From: a plasmid
DNA length: 64,000 nt
Sequence record: CP113993.1
Direction: 5' to 3' (one strand)
The position numbers were made by a program, and so were the translations under genes. Numbering within the stretch: the stretch's first letter is position 1; every line of letters starts with the position of its first letter. Below the pieces are notes generated by a model that did no database searches, was not told the DNA's origin, and was given only the letters and a program-made list of their open reading frames with translations. Shown in pieces: positions 48,461-59,847 of this stretch.

Positions 48461-48637
48461 TCACGTTAAAAATTTGTACCCTTCTTTAACTTCCAGTGCC
48501 TGCTCCTTTGACTCAAACATCAGTCTTGTTTTCCCGGGAACGCCCCATGAAATGTATTCAACATCTATCCACCATTTTCCATATTCTTTATATGGCCCGG
48601 ATATTACTTTTTTGACAAAGGCGTCTACCAGATTCAT
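48461..48637 (-). CDS. Hypothetical small AT-rich ORF (58 aa)
   Basis: ORF only. Confidence 0.25.
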   Translation of the reverse strand: MNLVDAFVKKVISGPYKEYGKWWIDVEYISWGVPGKTRLMFESKEQALEVKEGYKFLT

Positions 48638-49022
48638 TGTTTTTTCCTTTTTATTTTGAAAATAATTAATGCCAGAGCACAGCGAAAATAATGAATGCGC
48701 TGGCTGTGATAATTGCGATTTTCTCCCATATGATATTTTTCTCATAGGGGTTTCTACGGAGATTATTTCTTCGCATTGAGATACCGGTATTCATGTTTTA
48801 TCTTGGACTTTTGTTTTGTTGTCTGTCTGGCAGGCTGTTCTGCGCCCGTTTGTGACAAGGTTAGCTTATGGGGTTAAATGGTCACGGACATCATGCGGAC
48901 GGTTCCCTGTCACATGCCATCTGGTTTTTTCATTCAAATTGAGAGATATTGCTAAGTTGAGTCGCTTGCGATAGTGGACTCCTGTTTGTAAGTGAGTGCC
49001 ATTGTTTATTTCATGAAGAGGA

Positions 49023-49238
49023 TTGATTATGAGCATGCCTCCTGCGATAGCTAATACTTTCTTGTTTGAAATGATGAAGAGTAAATCAAAAGACGTTACA
49101 CTTGCTGCGATCTATGCATTAGGTGAAGGCCGGTGTCAGGCGGAGAACATTACTCGTGAATTACATAGATTGAGTCAAAGTGATGATATGGAAATAAAAA
49201 TTGCTGCGATTAAAGCACTTGGTCGAATTTATCGGTAA
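49023..49238 (+). CDS. Hypothetical small protein (71 aa)
   Basis: ORF with a GAGG RBS. Confidence 0.3.
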   Translation: MIMSMPPAIANTFLFEMMKSKSKDVTLAAIYALGEGRCQAENITRELHRLSQSDDMEIKIAAIKALGRIYR

Positions 49239-49309
49239 CGGCATAAGTTATCTGTTGTAATGAACAAAAGCCGGCTCATTTGAACCGGCTGTTATGGAGG
49301 GAGCTTATC

Positions 49310-49984
49310 TTAAAATACTTCGGCTACAGGCATGCCTGCAATCTGCTCCCACTCCTTACGCTTCTCCTGAATTAGGCGAGGAAAGTCGACAGGGTAATCA
49401 TATCCTCTTTCTGCCATTGCATGCATTGTATCCGCCATCATTTTGGGATGGATGCATCCTGACGGAATTGAGACCATTGGTATATTTATGTATTTTGTAT
49501 AAATCTCTAGTGTCTTGGCGTCGGTCACAGTGCGTGTGAAGTTGTCAATGTCAAAGCCGATAATATCCATTATATTTCCAGGGTAAGCACGAGCATACAG
49601 CATAGTGCCTTTTTTGGTATCCACGCCAAAATAGACGCCCTGAGTAAAAGACAGTCCCTCATATTCTTTGTCAGGTGAATAAAAACCGGTGTTTTTTATC
49701 TCCGCGACAATTTTTTTTATTTTGTCTTTTCTTGAGCTTGCTCGGGAATACATCAATATTGCAGGGGCAATTAGTAAAAACAGACAGACGCAAGTATAAA
49801 TATAATCTTCTTGCGTCACATATCTTGAAGATGTAATGGAGAGCACTCCGAAAAGAATAAAAATGGATAACACTGGTATGCTTATGAAATATATAAATCT
49901 AAGGGCGTAATATAATGTCCACCAAGCAGGATATCTATTGATTGTTTTTACCATTTGCATAATAAACCCTCCATAAACACTCAT
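49310..49984 (-). CDS. excA: Entry exclusion protein ExcA
   Basis: The 224-aa membrane protein lies immediately downstream of traY, as in R64. Confidence 0.65.
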   Translation of the reverse strand: MSVYGGFIMQMVKTINRYPAWWTLYYALRFIYFISIPVLSIFILFGVLSITSSRYVTQEDYIYTCVCLFLLIAPAILMYSRASSRKDKIKKIVAEIKNTGFYSPDKEYEGLSFTQGVYFGVDTKKGTMLYARAYPGNIMDIIGFDIDNFTRTVTDAKTLEIYTKYINIPMVSIPSGCIHPKMMADTMHAMAERGYDYPVDFPRLIQEKRKEWEQIAGMPVAEVF

Positions 49985-50033
49985 CGATATTTTAATGCGA
50001 TTGAGTGTTTATGGCAAGGTTGTTTTATTAAAA

Positions 50034-52271
50034 TTATCCTTTTATTCCATCTTTATTATCATCCTTTGTGACATTTTTTAGTCTGTCCTCTCTAACTCCA
50101 GGGCTGTGTCTAATATTTCTATTAGAACCTGCAAAAATATCTTTTACTGATGAGGTGAGGTTGCCAAGAGTATTTACACCATCTCTACCACCCAAGAAAT
50201 TGATAACATGGTCAGGAAGATATGCTTGTAAAGCAAATATTGCAGCTACAGACGTTGTACACATACGGGCGTAAATTAGCAGGAACCCGGCAAGGCTGAA
50301 TATCCCTGTTAATGATTTTACCTGTACGTTAACTAGTGCTGCGCCAAACAGTGAGTTTAATATTGTGCCGACGGCAATGATGGCGACAGAGGCAAAAAAG
50401 AAACCGAATACCATGAGAGGTGGTCTTATCATGCTGTCAATTAAGTATATATATCCGTAAGCTGCTCGACTTCCTCTGTCCTCTGATGTTCCTAGATGTG
50501 TTGCTGCCCACAGAGGCCCGGCGGTGCATCCTATTAATACGCTTACTATCCAGTTCCCAATGCCTGTCATCCAGAAAATGAATGGTATAAATGGTAGGTA
50601 AATTGATAAGGAAAAACCCGCACAAAACAACAGGAACAACAAGAAATATATTGGGGGAGCTGCAGCATCCAGCAGAGCAACAAATCCTTTAGGTAATCCA
50701 GAGAACAAATTAACAGCCTTTCCGAAAATAGAGTTATCACCCATTGTCGCGAGAACTCTGACAGTTGTATATCCTGTCCAGAGAATTTCTGTTGTACCCA
50801 ATGTATAATCGCCGATGTTTTTCATCTTAATTAATGGGTTAACTTGGTTGCTGGTTGTTCCTGTTCCTGACCATTCAGTAGCAGCTTGGTTTGTCCATTT
50901 TAATATGGTTGGCGCTATACTTTTCATGACCACACTTTGTGGGTCTGTGCTATTAGCTGCATTACTTTCATCTTGAGTTGTTATCGTTCCTATCGTTGGA
51001 GTATATGTGGAGTTCTGTAATTGAGTCTTGTATGCCCCCATAACAGCACTAAATAAATCAGTATCGCCAACTTCCCCAAGTGATGACATTGAAGTTACAG
51101 CTGGAGCTCTGTCAGCCAGCTCTGCCAGACGCTGGTTAGCAGTGGCAAAGGTCTGATACCACGCGCCAAGCGTCACCCATCCATAGGTTGTGAGATAAGA
51201 CTTGAGAGCTTCTTTCCTGGATTGTTCTCCGTTATCAATAGGTAGCGATTTTTGTACAGCACGTTCATACTCGTCGGCTGCTCTCTGAATCCGTGTCTCG
51301 ATATCCGGCAATGTTCCGTTGCCAGAATTTCTTTTTTCCAGAAATGTTGTCACAAACTCACTGGCAGCGTTGTCCATGTCGCTAATCATATTATCCATGG
51401 CTGCACGTTGTGCTGAGATAACACCGCTGTATTCGTTTTTACTGAAGGGATTAAAGAATTTTCCAATCGTCGATTGATCTGTTGTTCCGTTTCCTTCTAC
51501 TGACAGGCTGGCTGAACCACAGATACCGCTGCCATTGGATACCGTGACAGTGTAATTACCACTGGCGGTTTTAGCTGATTCTGTCATCAGTGAAGTCGAG
51601 GATTTGACCGTCTGATTAAAATCATTTAGTCCTGCGTTAACCGCATACTTACACAGTTCCATTTCAAAAATGCCACGCGCTGCTGTTCGTGTGGATGCCT
51701 GAACTGGCTGTACAGTCATTGAATAACCATTTGCGATATTATCAGCGGCAAGTTGCACCATCACATTGGCGGACCCAACCCCCATTATCGATGCGCCCCA
51801 TAACATAATGAGCTGAGCGATACTCCAGCCATTTCCGGTTGGAACGATCATCAGAAAACCTGCAACGACACTCAGTGTGCCGACGATATCGCGTCCGGTG
51901 CTGAATACCTGTCCCTGATGCCCCGAACGCACAACATGACGGATACCAATGAACATAAACCAGACAACGGCAAGTACGGCGATGATACTGTTGAACGCCC
52001 CGAACATGCTTCCGATCAGAGTGGGGGCGCTGGTTGACAGTGGATTGGTGACTACATCACCGAATATCGTGACCAGCGCCTGGCGAGACAGATCGTCAGG
52101 ATTGGTTGCGGCAGACACAATATCCTGATAGGTCACTGAAGCCATTGCCGGCAGTGAGGATATAGCAAGGCCTGCACAGAGTGCGCGAAGTAAAATTTTC
52201 ACAGTAACTCCGGAATAGAATTGCGTATGGGCAAAGGCCACACAGGATTTAATTAAGGGGGATGGCGACAT
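50034..52271 (-). CDS. traY: TraY (polytopic inner-membrane protein, entry-exclusion target)
   Basis: The 745-aa protein equals R64 TraY in length. It has multiple TM segments and is the last gene of the tra operon. Confidence 0.8.
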   Translation of the reverse strand: MSPSPLIKSCVAFAHTQFYSGVTVKILLRALCAGLAISSLPAMASVTYQDIVSAATNPDDLSRQALVTIFGDVVTNPLSTSAPTLIGSMFGAFNSIIAVLAVVWFMFIGIRHVVRSGHQGQVFSTGRDIVGTLSVVAGFLMIVPTGNGWSIAQLIMLWGASIMGVGSANVMVQLAADNIANGYSMTVQPVQASTRTAARGIFEMELCKYAVNAGLNDFNQTVKSSTSLMTESAKTASGNYTVTVSNGSGICGSASLSVEGNGTTDQSTIGKFFNPFSKNEYSGVISAQRAAMDNMISDMDNAASEFVTTFLEKRNSGNGTLPDIETRIQRAADEYERAVQKSLPIDNGEQSRKEALKSYLTTYGWVTLGAWYQTFATANQRLAELADRAPAVTSMSSLGEVGDTDLFSAVMGAYKTQLQNSTYTPTIGTITTQDESNAANSTDPQSVVMKSIAPTILKWTNQAATEWSGTGTTSNQVNPLIKMKNIGDYTLGTTEILWTGYTTVRVLATMGDNSIFGKAVNLFSGLPKGFVALLDAAAPPIYFLLFLLFCAGFSLSIYLPFIPFIFWMTGIGNWIVSVLIGCTAGPLWAATHLGTSEDRGSRAAYGYIYLIDSMIRPPLMVFGFFFASVAIIAVGTILNSLFGAALVNVQVKSLTGIFSLAGFLLIYARMCTTSVAAIFALQAYLPDHVINFLGGRDGVNTLGNLTSSVKDIFAGSNRNIRHSPGVREDRLKNVTKDDNKDGIKG

Positions 52272-52298
52272 GCCAGTGGTACTGGCATCTGGACGTGA

Positions 52299-52883
52299 TC
52301 AGTATTGTTTACTGGTTACGGCAATTAACGTGGCATTGCGCCAGCCATTGCGGTCGTTCAGAAAATCACGGAAAGTCCCCTGCTCGGGTTCGCTGACTTT
52401 TCGTTCATGCAACTGCCAGAGGCGGTATGTAACAATCAGTGCTCTGGAAGCACAAAGAGCGACGCCTGACAGTATCAACACAAGAGTGCTGATGGCGCGT
52501 ACCAGAGTCGTAAGAGGTAATGAAGAGGCGGCAAAGAGCATACCACTGAGAAACAAAGCGATGGCCAGCAGACTCCAGCAACAGAATCGCCATACTGTTC
52601 TGCGCCGGCGGAAACGACGATCCAGATCGTCTACTGACATATGGCTGGCCTGCAGAGCTTCTTCCCACGTGAGGTGGAGTTGCGCCTTTTTATTATTTAC
52701 CTGACGAAATCTGTCCAGCCTGCGTTTTTGTTGTTCCAGCATATGCTGTACAGAATTCGTTATCAGGCGAGTCTCCATCAGAGGAACAAAAATGTTAATA
52801 ATCCCCCGGGTGGCTATGCGGGTTATGGATGGTGATTTTTTGACGTTTTTCGTCTGGTCTGAATTTTCCGGTAACTTATTCAT
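52299..52883 (-). CDS. traX: TraX
   Basis: Assigned by order and size colinearity with the R64 traL-traY operon. Confidence 0.6.
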   Translation of the reverse strand: MNKLPENSDQTKNVKKSPSITRIATRGIINIFVPLMETRLITNSVQHMLEQQKRRLDRFRQVNNKKAQLHLTWEEALQASHMSVDDLDRRFRRRRTVWRFCCWSLLAIALFLSGMLFAASSLPLTTLVRAISTLVLILSGVALCASRALIVTYRLWQLHERKVSEPEQGTFRDFLNDRNGWRNATLIAVTSKQY

Positions 52884-52911
52884 TTTTTCAGTCCTGTTCT
52901 GACGTCAGCTT

Positions 52912-54114
52912 TCAACGTGCGTTTGCCTGATTGATTGTTTTCTCAAGGCTACCGAGTTGTTTCTCATAATACTGGCGGGCAGTCAGAGCCAGTTGCTGGC
53001 CAGAGATAACATTACCCTGGCGGATCTGTTCTTTCAGATCGTTCAGCTGCCAGTTCATTTGCGCAGTGATTCTTACCAGTTCACGGAGCAGGTTATCTCC
53101 CTGCATTTCCTGTAAATCCACTAGGTATGCTGTGTTGGCGTAGCGCCGGCCAGCCTCAAAAGCTTCAAACTCACGGGTACTCATATATCCCCGTGCTTTT
53201 GCTTCTGGTGAAGCCACCTGGTCGAAGTAAGCGGCCGCTGAGTCTGACTGCAGTGTTTCAGCCAGTGCTTTACGTGTGCTTTCATTAGGCGTGCTGTCAG
53301 CAATCAACGTCAGTTGGGGATTCGACGCAGAATCAATGATGCCGTTGTATTCGTTCTGGAGTCCGACGTAGGTTCGCCCACTCTGGGTATTCACTTCTCC
53401 TTTACCCAGAGCACGACCGGCAGAGGGGCGGGAAGTGTTTTTCATGTAAGCAGTCGCTGCATCTATTTGCTTCTGATCCCATGTCAGTGCCGCAGGTGTG
53501 TCCGCTGTACCTGCGCCGTGGTAAATCGAGCGTACCTGACTGTCTCCACCTGGTATTTCGCCCACAGAAGGACAAACGGCGGTTCCTCCAAAACGTGCAT
53601 ATTCTGCTTCTGTACAGTAACTGGCGTGTATGGCCGCGCCATCATAAGCTTCCCGCACGGGAGAGTTTGCTGCGCTGGCCAGACGGTCGCGGATGCTACG
53701 GTTGCTCACACCGCCACCTTTACTGAGTTTTGAGGCTGCGGATGCTGAGGCACTTTTGCTTTCTGTTGCAATCCCTGATGCGGATTCACTGCAGATGGAG
53801 TCTGGCACGGTGAAGCTTTTCCGTGCCTCCTCGAGGCGCTGAGTTTCATTACTGAAAATCATCTGCTGACGTGTCGCCTGTCCGTTCTGGGCAATGACAC
53901 TTGCCAGCTTTTCAGAGTTCTGATTGATAGCGGTACCCGTGGCTGTCTGGGTACTCAGTATGTCACTCAGCACACCTTTGATGGCCTCCATTCTGGGGAC
54001 GACCTGCTGTTCAACGGGACGGCTGGCGACGACGGTGACTGAATAAGCATGAGCCTGGTATGCCGTTCCATTCAGGATAGCTATAAGGGCTGCGAGTAAT
54101 GTTTTTCTTTGCAT
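52912..54114 (-). CDS. traW: TraW (lipoprotein)
   Basis: It has a signal peptide and the size fits by colinearity. Confidence 0.65.
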   Translation of the reverse strand: MQRKTLLAALIAILNGTAYQAHAYSVTVVASRPVEQQVVPRMEAIKGVLSDILSTQTATGTAINQNSEKLASVIAQNGQATRQQMIFSNETQRLEEARKSFTVPDSICSESASGIATESKSASASAASKLSKGGGVSNRSIRDRLASAANSPVREAYDGAAIHASYCTEAEYARFGGTAVCPSVGEIPGGDSQVRSIYHGAGTADTPAALTWDQKQIDAATAYMKNTSRPSAGRALGKGEVNTQSGRTYVGLQNEYNGIIDSASNPQLTLIADSTPNESTRKALAETLQSDSAAAYFDQVASPEAKARGYMSTREFEAFEAGRRYANTAYLVDLQEMQGDNLLRELVRITAQMNWQLNDLKEQIRQGNVISGQQLALTARQYYEKQLGSLEKTINQANAR

Positions 54115-54695
54115 TTTATTGTCTCCTGCTCGGGGTGGAGCACAAGGTCAGGAAGGCTGTCGTATTTTCTGTCTTCAGGTAGTGGGGCCAGTGGGAAACA
54201 CTGATATCGCCTGGTGATATAACCTTTCCTGTTCCGGTTATCGATGATGCTGAAAGAACGACGTCTGACGCGCCGTAAGGTGGAAGGGTCAGTATCCATA
54301 ACAGGCCAGTCACCGGCACTCAGTGCCGGCGTTCCGGGAACAGATGGCCATAACCAGGTGTCATCGGACATCAGCGAAGTCAGCGGTGAAGGGAGTATCC
54401 ACTGGATGACATGCTGAACGTCGAATGGTGCTTCATCCGGGACAGAAACCTGCCATATTGCCGTTGTTATCAGCTCATCTGTGCTGGACGGCAACAACAG
54501 CCGCATGCCTGTAACCTTTCCCTGTGTTCTGGCATCCGAGGCGTATATCACTCTGGGATTGGGGGCCGGATGTAACCTGAAGACACGTGACGGCAGAGTG
54601 AATGAGAAACTGTCACCTTTTACCTCAAGTTTTTTAAGAAATACCTGCCCTCTGGCAGGTCTCCGGCAGCGTGGGGTGATATGAATTGTACACAT
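54081..54695 (-). CDS. traV: TraV
   Basis: Colinearity. Confidence 0.6.
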   Translation of the reverse strand: MCTIHITPRCRRPARGQVFLKKLEVKGDSFSFTLPSRVFRLHPAPNPRVIYASDARTQGKVTGMRLLLPSSTDELITTAIWQVSVPDEAPFDVQHVIQWILPSPLTSLMSDDTWLWPSVPGTPALSAGDWPVMDTDPSTLRRVRRRSFSIIDNRNRKGYITRRYQCFPLAPLPEDRKYDSLPDLVLHPEQETIKCKEKHYSQPL

Positions 54696-57600
54696 CAGAG
54701 ATTGTATCCCTGTTTTCGGATGAGCTCCGAGGCCAGTTCTTCAATAACATTGTCACTGTTATGTTGGCCCGCCCGGTGCTCAATTAATGACGTTGCAGAA
54801 CCTCTGGGGAAGTTTTCGGCCAGAATCTTACGTGCCCGAACTGAACCTAACTTATTTGTCAGTGTTTTACGCAGGGCACTGTCTTTTGGCGATGAGTTCA
54901 GCGCCCATAGCTCCAGTGGACCGACGGTAAATTTGAGTATTCTCGCAAGCGTGCCACTTTTTACCCTGAATACTCCCAGAACAGGAACACCACTACCATC
55001 TGGTGCCGGGCCTTCCGGCATTTTCAGGAAGCGTTTCAGCATAAATTCAGGAACGTTGAAGTTATCCCTCAGTACGGGGATATCTTCGGGTTTGTAGCGC
55101 AGTAACCAGAGAGTATTTGCTGACTTAAGAACGCTTTCCGGGTAGTCCCTCAGATACTGCGTACTCAGAACCGTGCGGATAGCAAACTTGCGTTGCTCAC
55201 GCTCCTGGGTATCCAGATTTTCCCAGATGAAGTCAATGCCCCGGGCGTTATGCAGTTCATCATAAACTTTTGTCTTAACCTCCTGATCAAGTTGGTTAAT
55301 ACGTTTAAGAGCGATTTCATGGTATTCCCGTGGAAGCTGCTTTAACACTTCATCCCTGTATTGTGGCAGGGTGAAGTCACCACCGGCGATCTGACCTGCA
55401 AGCAGGTACATGATGCCGGTTTTAAGCCTGCCTGCAGGCGTTTTGTCACCGGCAACATTATTCAGATCGACAGCGATGACCCGGGTTTCCGGGTTGATCA
55501 TAAACCGGGTATACCCGGATATCATGGGGTAGTCGTTATGTCCCTGCTCGAGCGCGCGGCGGATGTAGTCCAGCAGAAGTTCGTTTGAACCATCACGCTG
55601 AACAGTACCGAAAACATCCCTGAGACTGGTATGGCCCAGCATCGAGGACACTTCGGGAAGCTGGGGCATTGCCTGATAATGTGCCCGCTGAGCCGCCATG
55701 ATATACCCGGCATTGTGGAGCATATCCCGGACTTCGAACCAGGTTGATCTGGCCCACCAGGTTGCATCATGTTTTTCATACAGTCCCGAGTCCTGCAGTG
55801 CTGAATCCACCAGTTCTTCCGTTGAGGCGCGATAAAGTCGCGGATTATTTTCACCGTACTCTTTAAAAGCCAGCTCGATAAGCTGGTTGATAATTTGTCG
55901 GGTGTCTCCGGGGTTACAGGGTTGACCGGTACCGGTATCGACACAGAGAGCACACAGCACCGATGACATGAAATTCTTTTCCGGCGTAATAGGCTTTTTA
56001 GCGCCGTACATCACGTCAAAAAGGTTACGGGTGTATTCCGGATCATTGCTCAGAATAATACCGACAGCTTCGTCTTTTCTTTCCGGAGGAAGACTGTCGC
56101 GAATAAGCTGAACCAGTCCCTGAGCACTGTATCCCTTATCGATATAGGCAATGAAGGGCAGGTTTTTCTGAGCAGATGATATCTGTATTTCCGACAATGT
56201 ATTAATCAGAACTGATTTACCCAGTCCCGGATCGCCTGGTGCGAGTTCTGTATGTTTATTTTGTTGGGATGACGCCAGACCAACCTCAATTGCGGAACCG
56301 TCTTCTGTATGTAACATAAGATTCCCTTTACCTCGCCAGACAGAGCCTGCCCTGTTAAGCGGGAAAAGCGAGATGGCATGTGACAACGGGGGATACAGGG
56401 GAACCGGGCCGGAGCCTCCGGATGCCGCGAGAATGGTATTCACCCAGGCGCGTCGGGGATCGCCAAATGTTGTCGTGGTGCCACATACGCCCCAGCCTTC
56501 AATGGCTGATTTCAGAATGGCCTGGTTTCGTGTGCATATTTCACGTGTTTTTCCCCACGTGGAGGCCATGATGGTCATTATGCAGACAGGTTCTTTTTCA
56601 TCCGTTGCCGCCAGGGCCATAACGGATTCATACATTGGACGAACGGCAGAAATGAAGCTGCTGTAAGTCAGAAGCGTTTTCTTCAGATTAAGAGCCTTCA
56701 TCCCGCCGGGCATCAGATCCATTCTGATGCGCCAGGGGACTGCGCGGGGGACGGCACGGACCAGTTCGTTAAACGTCTGCAGATTTTGCGGAGGTAAAGT
56801 AATCGATACCATTCCGTGCCAGAGTCCGCCCGCCTGAACCAGGTTGCCCTGTGTGGTCACCTGAGTGTTGAATAACTGCAAATGCAATGAAGGAGCATGT
56901 AGTACGGATTCATCGTCAGTCCAGCGATATCCCGCTGGCTGGGCATCTTCAGGCAGGTGGGGTTGCCAGTTACGCGGTGTGCTGTGCCGTTCTGTCTGAC
57001 GACGTATTTCACGCCCGACCTCGTGTATATCCAGTAGCCGGAGAATCAGGCCATCAGATGAATGTCTCAGTGCCTGTTCCACATTATCAAGAAAAGCTTC
57101 GTGGCGGATTTTCAGTGCAGATAAGGTCCACTGCCAGGGGGACTGGGCAAAGCGTGCTTTCGGTACCCGTTCAGCCAGTCTTCTGACAAGCTCATCATGG
57201 GCGGTGCGATCGCTGTTGCTGATAAGGTCGGGTCCACTCCAGATCGCCAGCCAGCAACGCTCCCGGACCAGCCATGGGGACAGTGTTGTGACTTTCTCAT
57301 CGACCACATCCTGTAACTGGATACCTGTATTAGCCAGTGAGCGCTTTTGTGGGGCGACCATGTCTTCGATTTCTTCTTTCCCCATGTCAGGATCACGCTC
57401 AAAAACGAAGCTGATTTTATGACCGCTGTTTTTATATGCCGTATTCAGGCTGTCACTCATGCTGGTGATCAGCGATTCCAGTGAACCTGGGCCAGTCTGG
57501 TCGGATGCTTCATCCATTTCCCTGAAAGCACCGCTGACTTCAAAGACAGAGAGATATTCTCCACGCTTTGTGGCTGCAATATAGGGCGAATTCAGCCATG

Positions 57601-57832
57601 GGCGACGTTCACGATCCTGTCTGTCCAGACCAATTACAGTACGTAAATCGCAATACTCAACAAAACTGCTTGCGACAGAGAAACGGGATAGCGTGTTCAG
57701 ACAGTCTTCGATAGTGAAGATTAAACGGTTTATGTTCATAGGTGAGGGAACTCCGGACTTACAGGAGGGAGGTTTGTGCAGTTTGATTTTTTTAATGCCA
57801 CCCCGCGCTGGAGTGGCATGAAGAAAAATCAA
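54695..57832 (-). CDS. traU: TraU (large NTP-binding transfer protein)
   Basis: The 1045-aa ORF has a Walker A (GDPGLGKS). Colinearity. Confidence 0.8.
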   Translation of the reverse strand: MIFLHATPARGGIKKIKLHKPPSCKSGVPSPMNINRLIFTIEDCLNTLSRFSVASSFVEYCDLRTVIGLDRQDRERRPWLNSPYIAATKRGEYLSVFEVSGAFREMDEASDQTGPGSLESLITSMSDSLNTAYKNSGHKISFVFERDPDMGKEEIEDMVAPQKRSLANTGIQLQDVVDEKVTTLSPWLVRERCWLAIWSGPDLISNSDRTAHDELVRRLAERVPKARFAQSPWQWTLSALKIRHEAFLDNVEQALRHSSDGLILRLLDIHEVGREIRRQTERHSTPRNWQPHLPEDAQPAGYRWTDDESVLHAPSLHLQLFNTQVTTQGNLVQAGGLWHGMVSITLPPQNLQTFNELVRAVPRAVPWRIRMDLMPGGMKALNLKKTLLTYSSFISAVRPMYESVMALAATDEKEPVCIMTIMASTWGKTREICTRNQAILKSAIEGWGVCGTTTTFGDPRRAWVNTILAASGGSGPVPLYPPLSHAISLFPLNRAGSVWRGKGNLMLHTEDGSAIEVGLASSQQNKHTELAPGDPGLGKSVLINTLSEIQISSAQKNLPFIAYIDKGYSAQGLVQLIRDSLPPERKDEAVGIILSNDPEYTRNLFDVMYGAKKPITPEKNFMSSVLCALCVDTGTGQPCNPGDTRQIINQLIELAFKEYGENNPRLYRASTEELVDSALQDSGLYEKHDATWWARSTWFEVRDMLHNAGYIMAAQRAHYQAMPQLPEVSSMLGHTSLRDVFGTVQRDGSNELLLDYIRRALEQGHNDYPMISGYTRFMINPETRVIAVDLNNVAGDKTPAGRLKTGIMYLLAGQIAGGDFTLPQYRDEVLKQLPREYHEIALKRINQLDQEVKTKVYDELHNARGIDFIWENLDTQEREQRKFAIRTVLSTQYLRDYPESVLKSANTLWLLRYKPEDIPVLRDNFNVPEFMLKRFLKMPEGPAPDGSGVPVLGVFRVKSGTLARILKFTVGPLELWALNSSPKDSALRKTLTNKLGSVRARKILAENFPRGSATSLIEHRAGQHNSDNVIEELASELIRKQGYNL

Positions 57833-58629
57833 TCAACGTATTCTTTTTTGATGAATGAATCTGGTGTCAGAATCAGGGCAATCCCGTTCATTTTTTCACG
57901 CAGGGGCGAACGACCGGAAGGTGGATAGCGACGAAAAACGTCAGCGAAATCGGCCGGGCGGAAACTGCGGAATTTATCCTCAACCGCCAGTCTGTTTTGC
58001 ATCAGTGCAGAGAGCGCTTCCCGTCCCCGCCGGACCCGGAACTTATCATTACTGAAAACTTCCTGTAATGAACGACGGTTAAGGGCCACGACCGTGGATG
58101 GATGAAGGTCGGGTAGCCACACCATAACGCCCTGTGCTGCGGCATAACCATTCAGTGAATGCCAGGCGTGGCAGAAAGCACATAAGCTGTAAGGCGGGCC
58201 GTCTTCATGAAACAGTTCCTGCTCTTTCTCTGACAACGACTCTGTACTGGTGATTTCAGCTTTCTGTACATGGCGGAGTGAAAGACGTCTGGCAGACAGA
58301 CGGGCCTGCTCAAGCGCCCGTTCAGCGGCTTTTACTGCCGTGTTGTACTTTTCCTTTTCGCCGGTTGCGACTGGTTCACCACGCTTTTTTAACTTATCCA
58401 GATGTTCTGTGGCCTTATTAAGACGAACTCGTGTGTCACTGATTGTGTCGGTAAGCTGTCTGAGTGGCCATGAGTCATCCAGTCTGAAACGGTGCCTGAC
58501 GTTTTGCCGGCAGCAGATACATCGACCGGGCGTTGTTAATTCCGGTTCCGGTAACAGTGGCTCCTGTGTATGAACCACATCAATTTCTGGAAAGGGATAC
58601 AACCACAAGTCTTTAATGCTGTGTTGCAT
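57829..58629 (-). CDS. traT: TraT
   Basis: Colinearity and overlap coupling. Confidence 0.6.
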   Translation of the reverse strand: MQHSIKDLWLYPFPEIDVVHTQEPLLPEPELTTPGRCICCRQNVRHRFRLDDSWPLRQLTDTISDTRVRLNKATEHLDKLKKRGEPVATGEKEKYNTAVKAAERALEQARLSARRLSLRHVQKAEITSTESLSEKEQELFHEDGPPYSLCAFCHAWHSLNGYAAAQGVMVWLPDLHPSTVVALNRRSLQEVFSNDKFRVRRGREALSALMQNRLAVEDKFRSFRPADFADVFRRYPPSGRSPLREKMNGIALILTPDSFIKKEYVD

Positions 58630-58801
58630 GAGCAGGCTCCGTACTGGTGTAACGTTTCACGGCTTCCAGAATGATGTTTGCGATTTCATCGGAACAGCAT
58701 TCTGCAAAAATGAATTCCTGATCGTCCCGACTGTCGTGGGCAATCACATTGCCGTTTTCTGTTCGTCGTAACGTTATGTGCTCCGGGCTCCAGGCAGACA
58801 T
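58613..58801 (-). CDS. traS: TraS
   Basis: Small coupled ORF; colinearity. Confidence 0.5.
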   Translation of the reverse strand: MSAWSPEHITLRRTENGNVIAHDSRDDQEFIFAECCSDEIANIILEAVKRYTSTEPAHATQH

Positions 58802-58864
58802 ATGTGCCTCCTTGTATTGCCGAATAGGAAGGGCACCGGATAAATGCCAGTGCCCTGGACAAGA

Positions 58865-59269
58865 TTAGCCAATGGAAATTGTGGAAATCCCCAACTGTTT
58901 CTGGCTGCGACTCATCATTTCAGGTCCGGCGACAAGTACCGCCCCAATGACGATAGATACAATGCAACTAGCCAGTCCCATCCCCCCTTGTTTCCCAACT
59001 TTTTTCAGGCCAATCAGGCCCCCGAGAAACAGAATTACGCCGATGAACTGCGCAATAGTCAGTGATGATGACTGTGCTGTTTTGGCACCTTGTTCGACAT
59101 TGCGAACCATATCGGCAAGATCTCCATCGGCAAGAACGGCTTTGGGCAGCAACATCATGGGAATGAGCAGCAGGAACTTAGTCAGTTTGCTCCGGCATGA
59201 CATTACAAACAGTTGTGCGTGGATAAATGCGGCGTACAGACGGGCCGCTACGACACGAATACGTGACAT
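58865..59269 (-). CDS. traR: TraR (membrane protein)
   Basis: Colinearity and TM helices. Confidence 0.6.
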   Translation of the reverse strand: MSRIRVVAARLYAAFIHAQLFVMSCRSKLTKFLLLIPMMLLPKAVLADGDLADMVRNVEQGAKTAQSSSLTIAQFIGVILFLGGLIGLKKVGKQGGMGLASCIVSIVIGAVLVAGPEMMSRSQKQLGISTISIG

Positions 59270-59319
59270 AGTTTCTCCTTAAATGGATATATCAGTGGTT
59301 TATATGAAGGTGAAAAAAA

Positions 59320-59847
59320 TCAGAAGACGATTCCAATGCTTGCCAGCAGGGCATTGAGGACACGATCGATAAAGACCAGCAGGACGCCGGCAATAAATTT
59401 GACGTTTCCCTTACTGACGGATTCACTGGCACTCAGTGCGGTATGTCCATCGAGTCCGGCCTTGCGCCAGATGGATATCCCGTTCATTACAAATCCAACA
59501 CCGGCCAGCTTGGCCAGCGACAGAACTGCATTTGCTGCGCCAGCAGCAGCGCCAAACGTCTGAGGTTGTACATATGCAATCGGGCCAAATGAGTCAGCCC
59601 TGAATCCCATTTGTACGCCTCCGGCGTTAATCATTGCCGGGAGTGATACGAGCATGCAGCTGGTTAACATCCCCGCAATAAATTTTCCGGGAGACATTTT
59701 TACCGGACCGGCTGAACGGGCGCGGGCAAACAGGGTAATCATGCTGATCACCCCGATGAATTCTCCCCAGGTAAACAGGAAATCCATTCCGGCACTGAAA
59801 ATACTGCTGGCAAAGTTCTCAATGGCGGTCAGGGCATCCATGTTCAT
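59320..59847 (-). CDS. traQ: TraQ (membrane protein)
   Basis: Colinearity and TM helices. Confidence 0.6.
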   Translation of the reverse strand: MNMDALTAIENFASSIFSAGMDFLFTWGEFIGVISMITLFARARSAGPVKMSPGKFIAGMLTSCMLVSLPAMINAGGVQMGFRADSFGPIAYVQPQTFGAAAGAANAVLSLAKLAGVGFVMNGISIWRKAGLDGHTALSASESVSKGNVKFIAGVLLVFIDRVLNALLASIGIVF